Made by a program: the position numbers and the translations under genes. From an uncultured Chloroflexia bacterium (GTDB lineage Bacteria > Chloroflexota > Anaerolineae > Anaerolineales > Anaerolineaceae), in NCBI GenBank assembly GCA_963704755.1, contig OY969938.1:3660001-3692000 (forward strand): a DNA stretch of 32,000 bases, in the 5' to 3' direction. The notes under the pieces were generated by a model. It searched no databases. It worked only from the letters and a program-made list of their open reading frames with translations, and was not told the DNA's origin. Numbering within the stretch: the first letter of the stretch is position 1; every line of letters begins with the position of its first letter. Positions 18,363 through 25,990 of the stretch are shown one piece after another.

Positions 18363-19288
18363 TTTGTTTCCTGAATAACCTTGAGATAAGTCTCTTCCAA
18401 ACTGGGGTTGAGCTGGGTAATGTACTGGATGCGGCCGCCTGCTGAAACGATCTGCTGCACCACCTCGGGGTTTTTCTTCATCGGATCAGCAAGCATCAGG
18501 GTGATTTTATTGTCTTCAAGCTCAATCCCCTTGGGATTGAGCTTGCGGACCGCCTCAAGAATTTGCTCGTTGACCTGCTCTAGCTGGAATACCGTCTTAC
18601 TGGTGCCCCAGGTGGTCGTCTCCAACTGCTCCGGCGTGTTGACCGCCAGCAGTTTGGTCTTCAAAATCCCGATGCGGTCGCAGAGGCGCTGGGCTTCGTC
18701 CAGGTTGTGAGTATTGATGAAAATCGTCTTGCCGTCTTTCTTGAGCTTCAGGAGAATATCCCGCACCACCCTGGCCGCTTCCGGGTCCAGGTTGGCCGTC
18801 GGCTCGTCGAGGAAAAGCAGCTCGGGATCGTGGATCAGCGCCCTGGCGATTGCGATCTTCTGTTTCATGCCTTTAGAATATTCGCTGATATCCTGGTTCC
18901 GCTTGTCCCACAGATCCATCATAGTCAGGTAGTACTCGATGCGCTCTTTCCTTTGCGCCTCGGGACATTCGTAGAGTTTTCCGTAGTAGTCGAGGTTCTC
19001 ATAGGCGGTCAGCTCCTCGTATAGGCCGACATCGCCGGTCACCAGGCCGATCATTTTACGGATAGCCAACGAATCGGCTGCGCCGCCGATGGAGTATTCC
19101 CCGATTTGGGCGTCGCCGTTGCTCTTAGAGATCAGGCAGCAGAGCATTCGGATGGTGGTCGTCTTGCCGGCGCCATTCGGCCCGAGTAAGCCGAACACCT
19201 CGCCTTGCGCCACGTGAAAGGTCAGCCCATCGACCGCGGTTACCTCTCCAAACTTCTTCGTCAGGTTCTTGACTTCGATCATGTTCAT
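18359..19288 (-). CDS. ABC transporter ATP-binding protein (ABC-2 / DrrA-like exporter type)
   Basis: Walker A is GPNGAGKTT, the signature is YSKGMKQK, Walker B is LLFLDEPTANLD, and the H-loop is INTHNL. Confidence 0.9.
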   Translation of the reverse strand: MNMIEVKNLTKKFGEVTAVDGLTFHVAQGEVFGLLGPNGAGKTTTIRMLCCLISKSNGDAQIGEYSIGGAADSLAIRKMIGLVTGDVGLYEELTAYENLDYYGKLYECPEAQRKERIEYYLTMMDLWDKRNQDISEYSKGMKQKIAIARALIHDPELLFLDEPTANLDPEAARVVRDILLKLKKDGKTIFINTHNLDEAQRLCDRIGILKTKLLAVNTPEQLETTTWGTSKTVFQLEQVNEQILEAVRKLNPKGIELEDNKITLMLADPMKKNPEVVQQIVSAGGRIQYITQLNPSLEETYLKVIQETK

Positions 19289-19494
19289 GGGCGTTTGTTA
19301 ATCCCTTTAAAGCCCAGCGCGGACCAGATGGTTATACCGATGAGGATAACGACCGCAACAATCCAGAGGATGAAGGGGGTCATCGGGAACACCCCGGCCT
19401 TCGAACTGATTTTGGTGAAAACGACAATACCAATGATAACGACTGCAATGGTCAATCCCAGGGGGATTCTTATGGATAATCTCATCAGTTTCAT
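19285..19494 (-). CDS. small two-helix membrane protein (69 aa), first gene of the ABC operon
   Basis: It has two clear hydrophobic helices. A 4 nt overlap links it to the ABC ATPase start. An aaaggaaacc SD-like sequence lies upstream. Confidence 0.5.
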   Translation of the reverse strand: MKLMRLSIRIPLGLTIAVVIIGIVVFTKISSKAGVFPMTPFILWIVAVVILIGITIWSALGFKGINKRP

Positions 19495-19668
19495 TTTGGT
19501 TTCCTTTTATTCGAGAGACGAAACCGGTAAATTTAGATTCGTCTCGAAGCCCCTGTATTCGCCATGGTCTGTGCAGGGTATGGCCTTCACCAGCACGAAT
19601 GGACATTTAATAAACTGACAAAATCGCGCCAGTGGTTATACTGTTTATACTCTATATGCAATATAGTA

Positions 19669-19697
19669 TCACCTCTTTCTGGTTTGTAAAGAGGTGA
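19669..19697. repeat. perfect 10 bp-stem hairpin tcacctcttt (9 nt loop) aaagaggtga in the region upstream of the ABC operon
   Basis: The arms at 19669-19678 and 19688-19697 are exact reverse complements. It is adjacent to an AT-rich imperfect dyad (tatactctatatgcaatatagtat) and to a possible TTGCAT-15-TATAAC promoter on the minus strand. Confidence 0.5.
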
Positions 19698-19860
19698 ATT
19701 GCTGCAAGTCCCGCGCAGCCCATTCCAGGCGCGCTCCGTCAGTTTATGATCTTGCCTGAGATCGATCTATCTTTGATATGCCGGTAAAAGAGGCTGCCGG
19801 TGCGATTGGGAAATCCACCGGAGGGGGATTGCGGGGCATATAAAATTGGCATAGGCTTAT

Positions 19861-19888
19861 CAAAAAACCGTAGCCCCTGTGCCTACGG
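19861..19888 (-). terminator. intrinsic terminator (minus strand; possibly bidirectional)
   Basis: The hairpin ccgtag-cccctgtgc-ctacgg (19868-19888) is followed on the minus strand by a run of six T (plus aaaaaa, 19862-19867). On the plus strand ttctcttt follows. Confidence 0.7.
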
Positions 19889-19896
19889 TTCTCTTT

Positions 19897-19930
19897 AGTA
19901 GCGGGGGTCGGATGCGAACCAACAACCTCC
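19897..19930 (-). pseudogene. tRNA 3'-half remnant (T-arm plus acceptor 3' strand), no 5' half
   Basis: The minus strand reads GTTGG-TTCGCAT-CCGAC-CCCCGCT-A, which is a T-stem, a TTCG-type loop, a T-stem, a 7 nt acceptor strand and a discriminator. No complementary 5' acceptor strand or D-arm lies upstream. Confidence 0.6.
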
Positions 19931-20017
19931 ACCCGGCAATTTTCACCTTCAATTATTGCCTGCGCCGCGCGTGTACCTGGAGGTGGGACACCCTATCCGT
20001 TCCCGGTGTTTCTAATT

Positions 20018-21355
20018 TTACATCGCAGGGCTTTTGGGGAGAGGAATGACGATGTTCAAAGTAAACAATCCCCCATCCGCCATGACACTCATTTCGCCAT
20101 GGTATTTCTGGATTGCCATCTCGATACTTTGTAATCCATAGCCATGGTTCTGGCTGTCTGTTTTTGTGCTGAGGAACTTGAGCTGCTTTTTGATCAGACT
20201 ATGCGTGAAACGGTTCTCGAACCGTGCCATCAGCATGTCGTTCACCCGGCCTGTGCGCACCTCGATCCAGCGCAGTGAGGGTTCGTCGTTGCGATCACTA
20301 TTCTCGATAGCGTTGTCCAGGGCATTTCCAAAGATGGTCGCGATATCGACGTCTTGGATCATAGACCAGTGCTTACCATCTGCAACGATGTGCATCTCAA
20401 TGTCCTTGTCTTCCGCCTCGTGCATCTTTTCCGACAAGATAATGTCCAATGTCTTGTTTCCCGTATTACAGATCAACTCATAGTCTTTGATCTCGTTATC
20501 GATGGTCTTGACATAAGTCTTGATCTCAGCCAATGAATTGATGGATACGATCCCGCGCAGGATATGGCGGAGGTCGTGATATTTACGGTTGACCGTTTCG
20601 ATAGTATTGAGTGTGCTCAGATATTGAAGGTGCTGCCTGCGGACCGAATTTTCCACTTTTAGCAGCTCGTTCTGCCTGATGCTATAGCTGAGGTGCTCGC
20701 TCATGATCATATTGGTCAACGCAAAAACGCCAAAAAGGAAGTCGAGATAATGGATCATCAACGGGACGGTGAAAGGGTCGATCCTGAATATGAACGCGTA
20801 GTCGCGCAAAAAGAAATAGGGACCCGCGGGCAGCATAATAATGAGCGCCAGGTTTACATTTGTGATCCCATTGATTTGGAAACGAATGAACTTCTTGATC
20901 GAAACTGTTACACCGATTTTCATGACCAGCAGAACGATGTGTGCGATCACCCTCTCTAAAAAAGTTCCTTTGTCGATGAAGTCAAAATGAAAAAACGACG
21001 ACATCAACGAGATTAACAGGACCAGACAAATGTCGTTCGCCAGGACGGCCAGGATGGTGAGATAAATCCGTGCGCCCAGGGGTGAGTTGCTGCATTTTGC
21101 CGAGAACACCAGCAGCAATAGGAAATGGATCGCATAAAAAATGAGGAAGTTGGCCTGCTCAACGGTCCTTCCATTGAAGACGAGTTGCGAAGAAACCATG
21201 ATCAGAAAAATGGCTGCGAACCATATCCCCCAGGATCGATTCTTACGTACTTGCTTACGGCTCCCGTTGCACAGATAGAGTAGCAGCAGCATGTCAGATA
21301 ACGACATGAATATAGGAGCAAAACCGGTTTCGATGATCTGAGAGAGGCCGTTCAT
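20018..21355 (-). CDS. AgrC-like (HPK10/GHKL) membrane sensor histidine kinase
   Basis: 445 aa. It has about 6-7 N-terminal TM helices, the H-box KYHDLRHILRGI, the N-box FGNALDNAIEN and the G-box HGYGLQSIEMAIQKYHG. A 4 nt overlap links it to the LytTR regulator gene. Confidence 0.85.
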   Translation of the reverse strand: MNGLSQIIETGFAPIFMSLSDMLLLLYLCNGSRKQVRKNRSWGIWFAAIFLIMVSSQLVFNGRTVEQANFLIFYAIHFLLLLVFSAKCSNSPLGARIYLTILAVLANDICLVLLISLMSSFFHFDFIDKGTFLERVIAHIVLLVMKIGVTVSIKKFIRFQINGITNVNLALIIMLPAGPYFFLRDYAFIFRIDPFTVPLMIHYLDFLFGVFALTNMIMSEHLSYSIRQNELLKVENSVRRQHLQYLSTLNTIETVNRKYHDLRHILRGIVSINSLAEIKTYVKTIDNEIKDYELICNTGNKTLDIILSEKMHEAEDKDIEMHIVADGKHWSMIQDVDIATIFGNALDNAIENSDRNDEPSLRWIEVRTGRVNDMLMARFENRFTHSLIKKQLKFLSTKTDSQNHGYGLQSIEMAIQKYHGEMSVMADGGLFTLNIVIPLPKSPAM

Positions 21356-22053
21356 AATTGCCCGCCGATCAAATCTGTTAGACTGCTGATGAGGTCTTTT
21401 CGTCTGTGTTTGCTGATGGGGACCTTCATCCCTGCGATGATGCAGTATTGCCCTTGTAAAGACTCTACTGCGTATAGATTAATCAAAAAAGCGCTATGGC
21501 AGCGAAAAAATGTCTTGGGTAAATGCTCCTCCAGGTATTGCAGCGTCTTTGCGCAGGCAACCTGGCCGTTTTTCGTTTCAATAAATAGTTTACGGTTTTT
21601 GACTTCAATAAAATAAATGTCGGAAAGGTTGAGGACAAAATAACCCTCATTATTATGCACGGTTAAAAATTCACGATCGGCATTGCCAAGCCTGCGGAAG
21701 GCGCGGGCCATGACGCGCTCAAGCATTTGGGAAGATACCGGTTTAATTAAATAATCCAGCGCCTCAACTGAATACCCCATCAATGAATGTTGTGGATTGT
21801 TGGTGATAAAGATGATTTCCACCCGGTCGTTGGACTCGCGGATCTTCTTCGCGACTTCAATGCCATTCAGCCCCGCCATCTGGATATCCAGGAAGATGAT
21901 GTCGAAGTTCGACGGCCAATTGGCCAGGATATCTTCTCCGCTGCTGTACGAGAGGATCTCCAGTTTAATATTCGGAAGAAGGGACCATTCCCTTAGCTTT
22001 TCTTCCAAGGCCTTACTGTCGATTGAATTATCTTCAACGATAGCAATTTTCAT
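21352..22053 (-). CDS. LytR/AlgR (LytTR) family response regulator
   Basis: The receiver domain shows MKIAIVEDN and IIFLDIQMAGLNG. The C-terminal LytTR domain shows IYFIEVKNRKLFIET...FFRCHSAFLINL. Confidence 0.9.
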   Translation of the reverse strand: MKIAIVEDNSIDSKALEEKLREWSLLPNIKLEILSYSSGEDILANWPSNFDIIFLDIQMAGLNGIEVAKKIRESNDRVEIIFITNNPQHSLMGYSVEALDYLIKPVSSQMLERVMARAFRRLGNADREFLTVHNNEGYFVLNLSDIYFIEVKNRKLFIETKNGQVACAKTLQYLEEHLPKTFFRCHSAFLINLYAVESLQGQYCIIAGMKVPISKHRRKDLISSLTDLIGGQL

Positions 22054-22841
22054 TGTTTACCTGCTTGAGGCCTAATTTTAGAGGGGGCTTTTTGATGCAA
22101 GCCATTTTAACATATTTACCCCGCTAATTGGGCGTTCGGCATGTCTAACGGGGTCACTGCCCAGAACAATGTTGCTTACAATTTGAGTAGAATTTAGGTA
22201 TCGTGTAACCCCCCAAAAGATTGCCTATCGAAAACAAAAATCTCTCTGCGCGAGTTAATCCGGCGGCATTCGCTTCCGGCCAGTCTGGCGCTGACGACCG
22301 GCAGTGCTATCTGCAAGCACCGAAAAGAGAAATTTCTTTTGTGGAGGATTATGGCGCCGATTTATACAGTCGAAAAAGGAAAAGCATTTATAACAAAAAA
22401 CCTACTCCCGAGACGAATACAGCCAATCCGCACAGAATTTTTATCCAGGCCTGGTCAAAATTGGAATACTTAAAAAAACGGGTGCAACTGACCAATATTT
22501 AGTCACACAATTTGATCTTCCAATATAGTAAAGAATTGAAGGGATTGGGCCCTGGAATCCTGGTGATCAATCATTTTTAATACTGCACGCTGCCATTGGG
22601 TTGATGGCCTCCGTGCAGATAAAGGAGGTAAAGCTCAGTTCTGTCTCGTGGAGAACCTGCGACGGATACAACACATAAACCCGTTCATTCAAAATCGATA
22701 ATTCGTTTCGAAGGGTATTTGAGCCAATTCAAGTCCAGGTTGAAGCGCTTTGTTGGGTGACAAAGGTGTCTTTTTTTCACTCTGATCATAGATCGAGTCG
22801 ATGTTGTTAGTAAAAATAAAAAGTAAAGAGGAGAGGTAACC

Positions 22842-25085
22842 ATGGATTTGTCGGAAGATTTAAAAAGAATAAGTCGAAGATACTTCTTGAAAGGGACCGC
22901 ACTTACCCTTGCCGCAGGTGGAATGCTCACGGCCTGTAAGCCGAAAATAGCGGCCACCGATGCAGTTGTTGAACCCGCTGCCGGTTCACAAACGTCTGCA
23001 GTTGCAACCGAACTGATCCCGCAGGCCTATCTCAATCCGCAGAATTACGACTACCGTCAAAATACTACCGACTTCAAAACGCTGTTTTCGCCTCTGAAGA
23101 TCGGCCCGCTCAACCTCAACCATCGCATGGTCAAATCCGCAGCCGGATCGGCCACTTATCTCGCTGGGCTTACCGATGAGCTGCTCCAATACTACGTTAA
23201 CTTCGCCAAGGGCGGCGTTGAGCTTATTTGGGTAGAAATGGTTGAAGAGCTGGAGCCGCCGGCCGACGGCAGTGAAACACCTGCCAAAACCATTGCCTTT
23301 GCTCAGAAACTCGTTGAGGAGTGTGGAAAATACGGCGCAAAGTTAGGCTATCAGCACTATGGCTTTTCAATGAAGTCATCGAACGACTTTACGCACGAGG
23401 ACATTGCTGCGGAACAAGCCCGCTGGGTGGCCATTGCTCAGTTCTTGCAGAAAACCGGCTTTGTTGGGATTGAGCTCAACGCCGCAGGTTTTAACCTCGG
23501 TGAGCAATTCCTTTCGCGTTTCCACAACACCCGTACGGATGAATACGGCACAGGCAGCCTGGAAAACCGCGCCCGTTTTGTGACCGAATTAATAGACCAG
23601 ATCAAAGCAGCCTGCGGTAAGGACTTTGTAGTACAAGTTTTGATCGACTGCATAGAAGAAAACGACAACCTTACCAATGGCGCCTCCTTGGCGACATTAG
23701 ACAACGCTGTTACTACTCCGTTTAGTAAAGTAACGACGATCGAAGAAGGAATTGGGTTTGCCAAGTTGTTCGAAGCTGCCGGATGCGATTCGATGCATCT
23801 GCGCTTAGGTCCGCTAGACAACCACCCGTGTCAATTTGGCAGCGACCTTTACTTTCTCTTGAACGGTATTGAGGGTGCAAGCGGATACGGAACCCAATGG
23901 GATTTCTCGAGGCATTGGCAAGGCCAGCTGATCGGCAACCACAGCGGCGCCGGTATGCTGCTCGACATTGTCGCGCGCTACAAAGCAGCGCTCAGCATTC
24001 CTTGCGGCACCGTCACCTATATGGATCCAGCCCATGCCCCAGATTACTTCGAGCAGGCGCTCGCCGATGGCAAAGTCGACTTCTTTCTCATGAACCGCCC
24101 GTTAAATGTTGACACCGAATACGTCACTAAACTTAAAGCGGGACGTATCGACGAAATCGCCCCCTGCACGCGCTGCTTCCACTGCCACATCGGCGGAAAC
24201 GAGCAGAACCGCCAGATGGGTTATTGCCGCGTGAACGCCTTGACACAGCGGGTCATGACCGAAAATGGACCGGCGACCTATGAGCTTGAACCGGCTACCG
24301 TGTCGAAGAAAGTCATGGTGATCGGCGGCGGTCCTGCCGGTATGGAAGCCGCCCGCATCGCAGCCGCCCGCGGTCACAAAGTCACACTCTATGAAAAGAG
24401 TGGTGCGCTCGGTGGCAAGCTCGCCTTTGCTAGCATGGTCAAAGGACCTCACGAAAACCTCGACGACTTTAAGGCTTATCTGGCCAGGCAACTGGAGGTG
24501 AACGGCGTGACCGTCACCTTGGGTAAAGAAGTCGACGCCGCGCTGATCAACAGTGAATCCCCAGATGCGGTAATCCTCGCAGTCGGTGCTCTGCCGGGCA
24601 AGGTGGACGCAAGTGGCGGCAACGTGCCGGTTATCGACTTTACCAACTTTATGGCTGACGGAACTGGCGACAAAGTCGTTGTCTTTGGCTCAAACGCCCA
24701 GGCTTTCGACTGCGCTCTGTGGCTGACGGTGCATAAGAAGAAGGTCACCATTGTAACGCCGAACCCCATAGAGGATCTCGACAAGCAGCAGTCTCAGCAC
24801 GCTCAACGTTTTATGACGACCTCACTCTATTCACTTGGATTAAAAGTTTATCCAAGCGCTACCATCAAGGAGATTGGCGACGGCAAGGTTACCGTAGCAT
24901 CTGACGGCGGATGGGAGACCGTCATCGCCGCAGACTCCATCATCAACGCCGCCGACCTGGTGCCGAACAAGTCCCTGCTTGACGGCATTTCGGTCAAAGA
25001 GACCTATGCAATTGGTGACTGCGATCAGCCCTTTAACATGGCTTTGGCTATCCGTGCCGGCAACGATATCGGCCGTCAAATCTAG
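22842..25085 (+). CDS. Tat-exported lipoprotein, OYE / 2-enoate reductase / 2,4-dienoyl-CoA reductase-like flavoprotein (FMN TIM barrel + 4Fe-4S + FAD domain)
   Basis: A strong SD (aagaggagagg) precedes it. The twin-arginine motif is SRRYFLKG, followed by the lipobox LTAC. The OYE-like barrel shows ENRARFVTELI. The Cys cluster is CTRCFHCHIGGNEQNRQMGYC. The dinucleotide fold is VMVIGGGPAGMEAARIAAARGHKVTLYEK. Confidence 0.85.
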   Translation: MDLSEDLKRISRRYFLKGTALTLAAGGMLTACKPKIAATDAVVEPAAGSQTSAVATELIPQAYLNPQNYDYRQNTTDFKTLFSPLKIGPLNLNHRMVKSAAGSATYLAGLTDELLQYYVNFAKGGVELIWVEMVEELEPPADGSETPAKTIAFAQKLVEECGKYGAKLGYQHYGFSMKSSNDFTHEDIAAEQARWVAIAQFLQKTGFVGIELNAAGFNLGEQFLSRFHNTRTDEYGTGSLENRARFVTELIDQIKAACGKDFVVQVLIDCIEENDNLTNGASLATLDNAVTTPFSKVTTIEEGIGFAKLFEAAGCDSMHLRLGPLDNHPCQFGSDLYFLLNGIEGASGYGTQWDFSRHWQGQLIGNHSGAGMLLDIVARYKAALSIPCGTVTYMDPAHAPDYFEQALADGKVDFFLMNRPLNVDTEYVTKLKAGRIDEIAPCTRCFHCHIGGNEQNRQMGYCRVNALTQRVMTENGPATYELEPATVSKKVMVIGGGPAGMEAARIAAARGHKVTLYEKSGALGGKLAFASMVKGPHENLDDFKAYLARQLEVNGVTVTLGKEVDAALINSESPDAVILAVGALPGKVDASGGNVPVIDFTNFMADGTGDKVVVFGSNAQAFDCALWLTVHKKKVTIVTPNPIEDLDKQQSQHAQRFMTTSLYSLGLKVYPSATIKEIGDGKVTVASDGGWETVIAADSIINAADLVPNKSLLDGISVKETYAIGDCDQPFNMALAIRAGNDIGRQI

Positions 25086-25180
25086 AACACGAGCGACAAT
25101 GTAGCTTACGGTCTATTGTCAACAATTTTTGTTCTCGATCTGCGTTGTCCTTAGCCAGAATCAAGAGAAAGTAAGGGAAT

Positions 25181-25220
25181 CAAAAACCGCCAGGCATGTC
25201 CTTTTTTAGGAGCCTGGCGG
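25181..25220. terminator. bidirectional intrinsic terminator
   Basis: The hairpin is ccgccaggc ... gcctggcgg (25187-25220). The minus strand follows it with TTTTT (plus aaaaa, 25182-25186). The plus strand follows it with tttgcttt. It can end both the reductase transcript and the tRNA remnant. Confidence 0.7.
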
Positions 25221-25229
25221 TTTGCTTTA

Positions 25230-25266
25230 GGTAGCGAGGGTTGGATTCGAACCAACGACTTCCGAG
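25230..25266 (-). pseudogene. tRNA 3'-half remnant (variable loop, T-arm, acceptor 3' strand), no 5' half
   Basis: The minus strand reads CTCGG-AAGTC-GTTGG-TTCGAAT-CCAAC-CCTCGCT-A-CC. It matches the 19899-19930 remnant at 27 of 32 positions. No 5' acceptor strand or D-arm follows. It abuts the truncated ATPase ORF directly. Confidence 0.65.
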
Positions 25267-25899
25267 ATGATGGATACACTTCAGCAAGCGATGGAACAAG
25301 GCCGGCGCATCCTGATTTCAGTCGGCACCCGCACCGGCAAAACCACGCTTCTCAGCGCTCTATGCAATTTCCTGCCGCCAGCCTGGCGCATCGTGAAGAT
25401 TGAAGACCCGGAGGAAATTTGGGGCTACCGCCCGACCGTACAAACCGTGGAAGCCCGCCCGCAAGCGGTGGGCACAGAAGTGAAACCCTATACCCTGGCT
25501 GATGGGGTGGATGACGCTATGCGCATGTCCCCCGATTACCTGGTCATCGGCGAAGTGCGCGACGGAATGGCAGCCATGAGCTTGTTTCGAGCCTTGATGA
25601 CCGGTCACAGTGGGGCCTGCACCTTCCATGCAGCCAGCCCGCGTGAAGCCGCCCGCCGGCTGGCGACCGTGATGGGGGCAGATGCAGGGGTGAAGCCGCA
25701 TGAAGCCAATCAGATGATTGCTGATGCCGTGGATGTGTTGGTTCAAATTGGCATCCGTCATGAAGTTCGCCGGGTGGTGGCTATATCGAATGTGGCTGAG
25801 GATTTGAAAAACGGGGATGTGTTTTTCGAATCGATTTATTGGTATTTAGAAGAGTCAACAACCCTTGAACCATGTTGGGAGAAGGTTGGAGAACTTTGA
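25267..25899 (+). pseudogene. 5'-truncated VirB11/CpaF/TadA-family secretion or conjugation ATPase
   Basis: The 210 aa ORF begins only about 20 aa before the Walker A motif (GTRTGKTT). It then shows Walker B DYLVIGEVRD and the His box TGHSGACTFHAAS. The N-terminal domain of about 100-200 aa found in this family is missing. Confidence 0.7.
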
Positions 25900-25990
25900 T
25901 AATGTATATTTCGAATAATATGTTTTTTTTAGGATTCATAAAATAATTTGTTACATTATCACAAGCTTATACCTCTTTGAATTTAAAAAA

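Noticed and set aside
22221-22502. 93 aa ORF (TTG start) and a 40 aa ORF (22351..22473, MAPIYTVEKGKAFITKN...) as possible AgrD-like peptide precursors next to the AgrC/AgrA-like system
   Set aside because: There is no amphipathic leader or Cys/Ser-containing core typical of AgrD and no AgrB gene. SD spacing is poor (3 nt) for the short ORF, and the long ORF has a low-complexity, basic composition.
22767-22790. T7 run preceded by gaca-aagg-tgtc as an attenuator in front of the reductase gene
   Set aside because: The stem is only 4 bp, which is not a credible intrinsic terminator.
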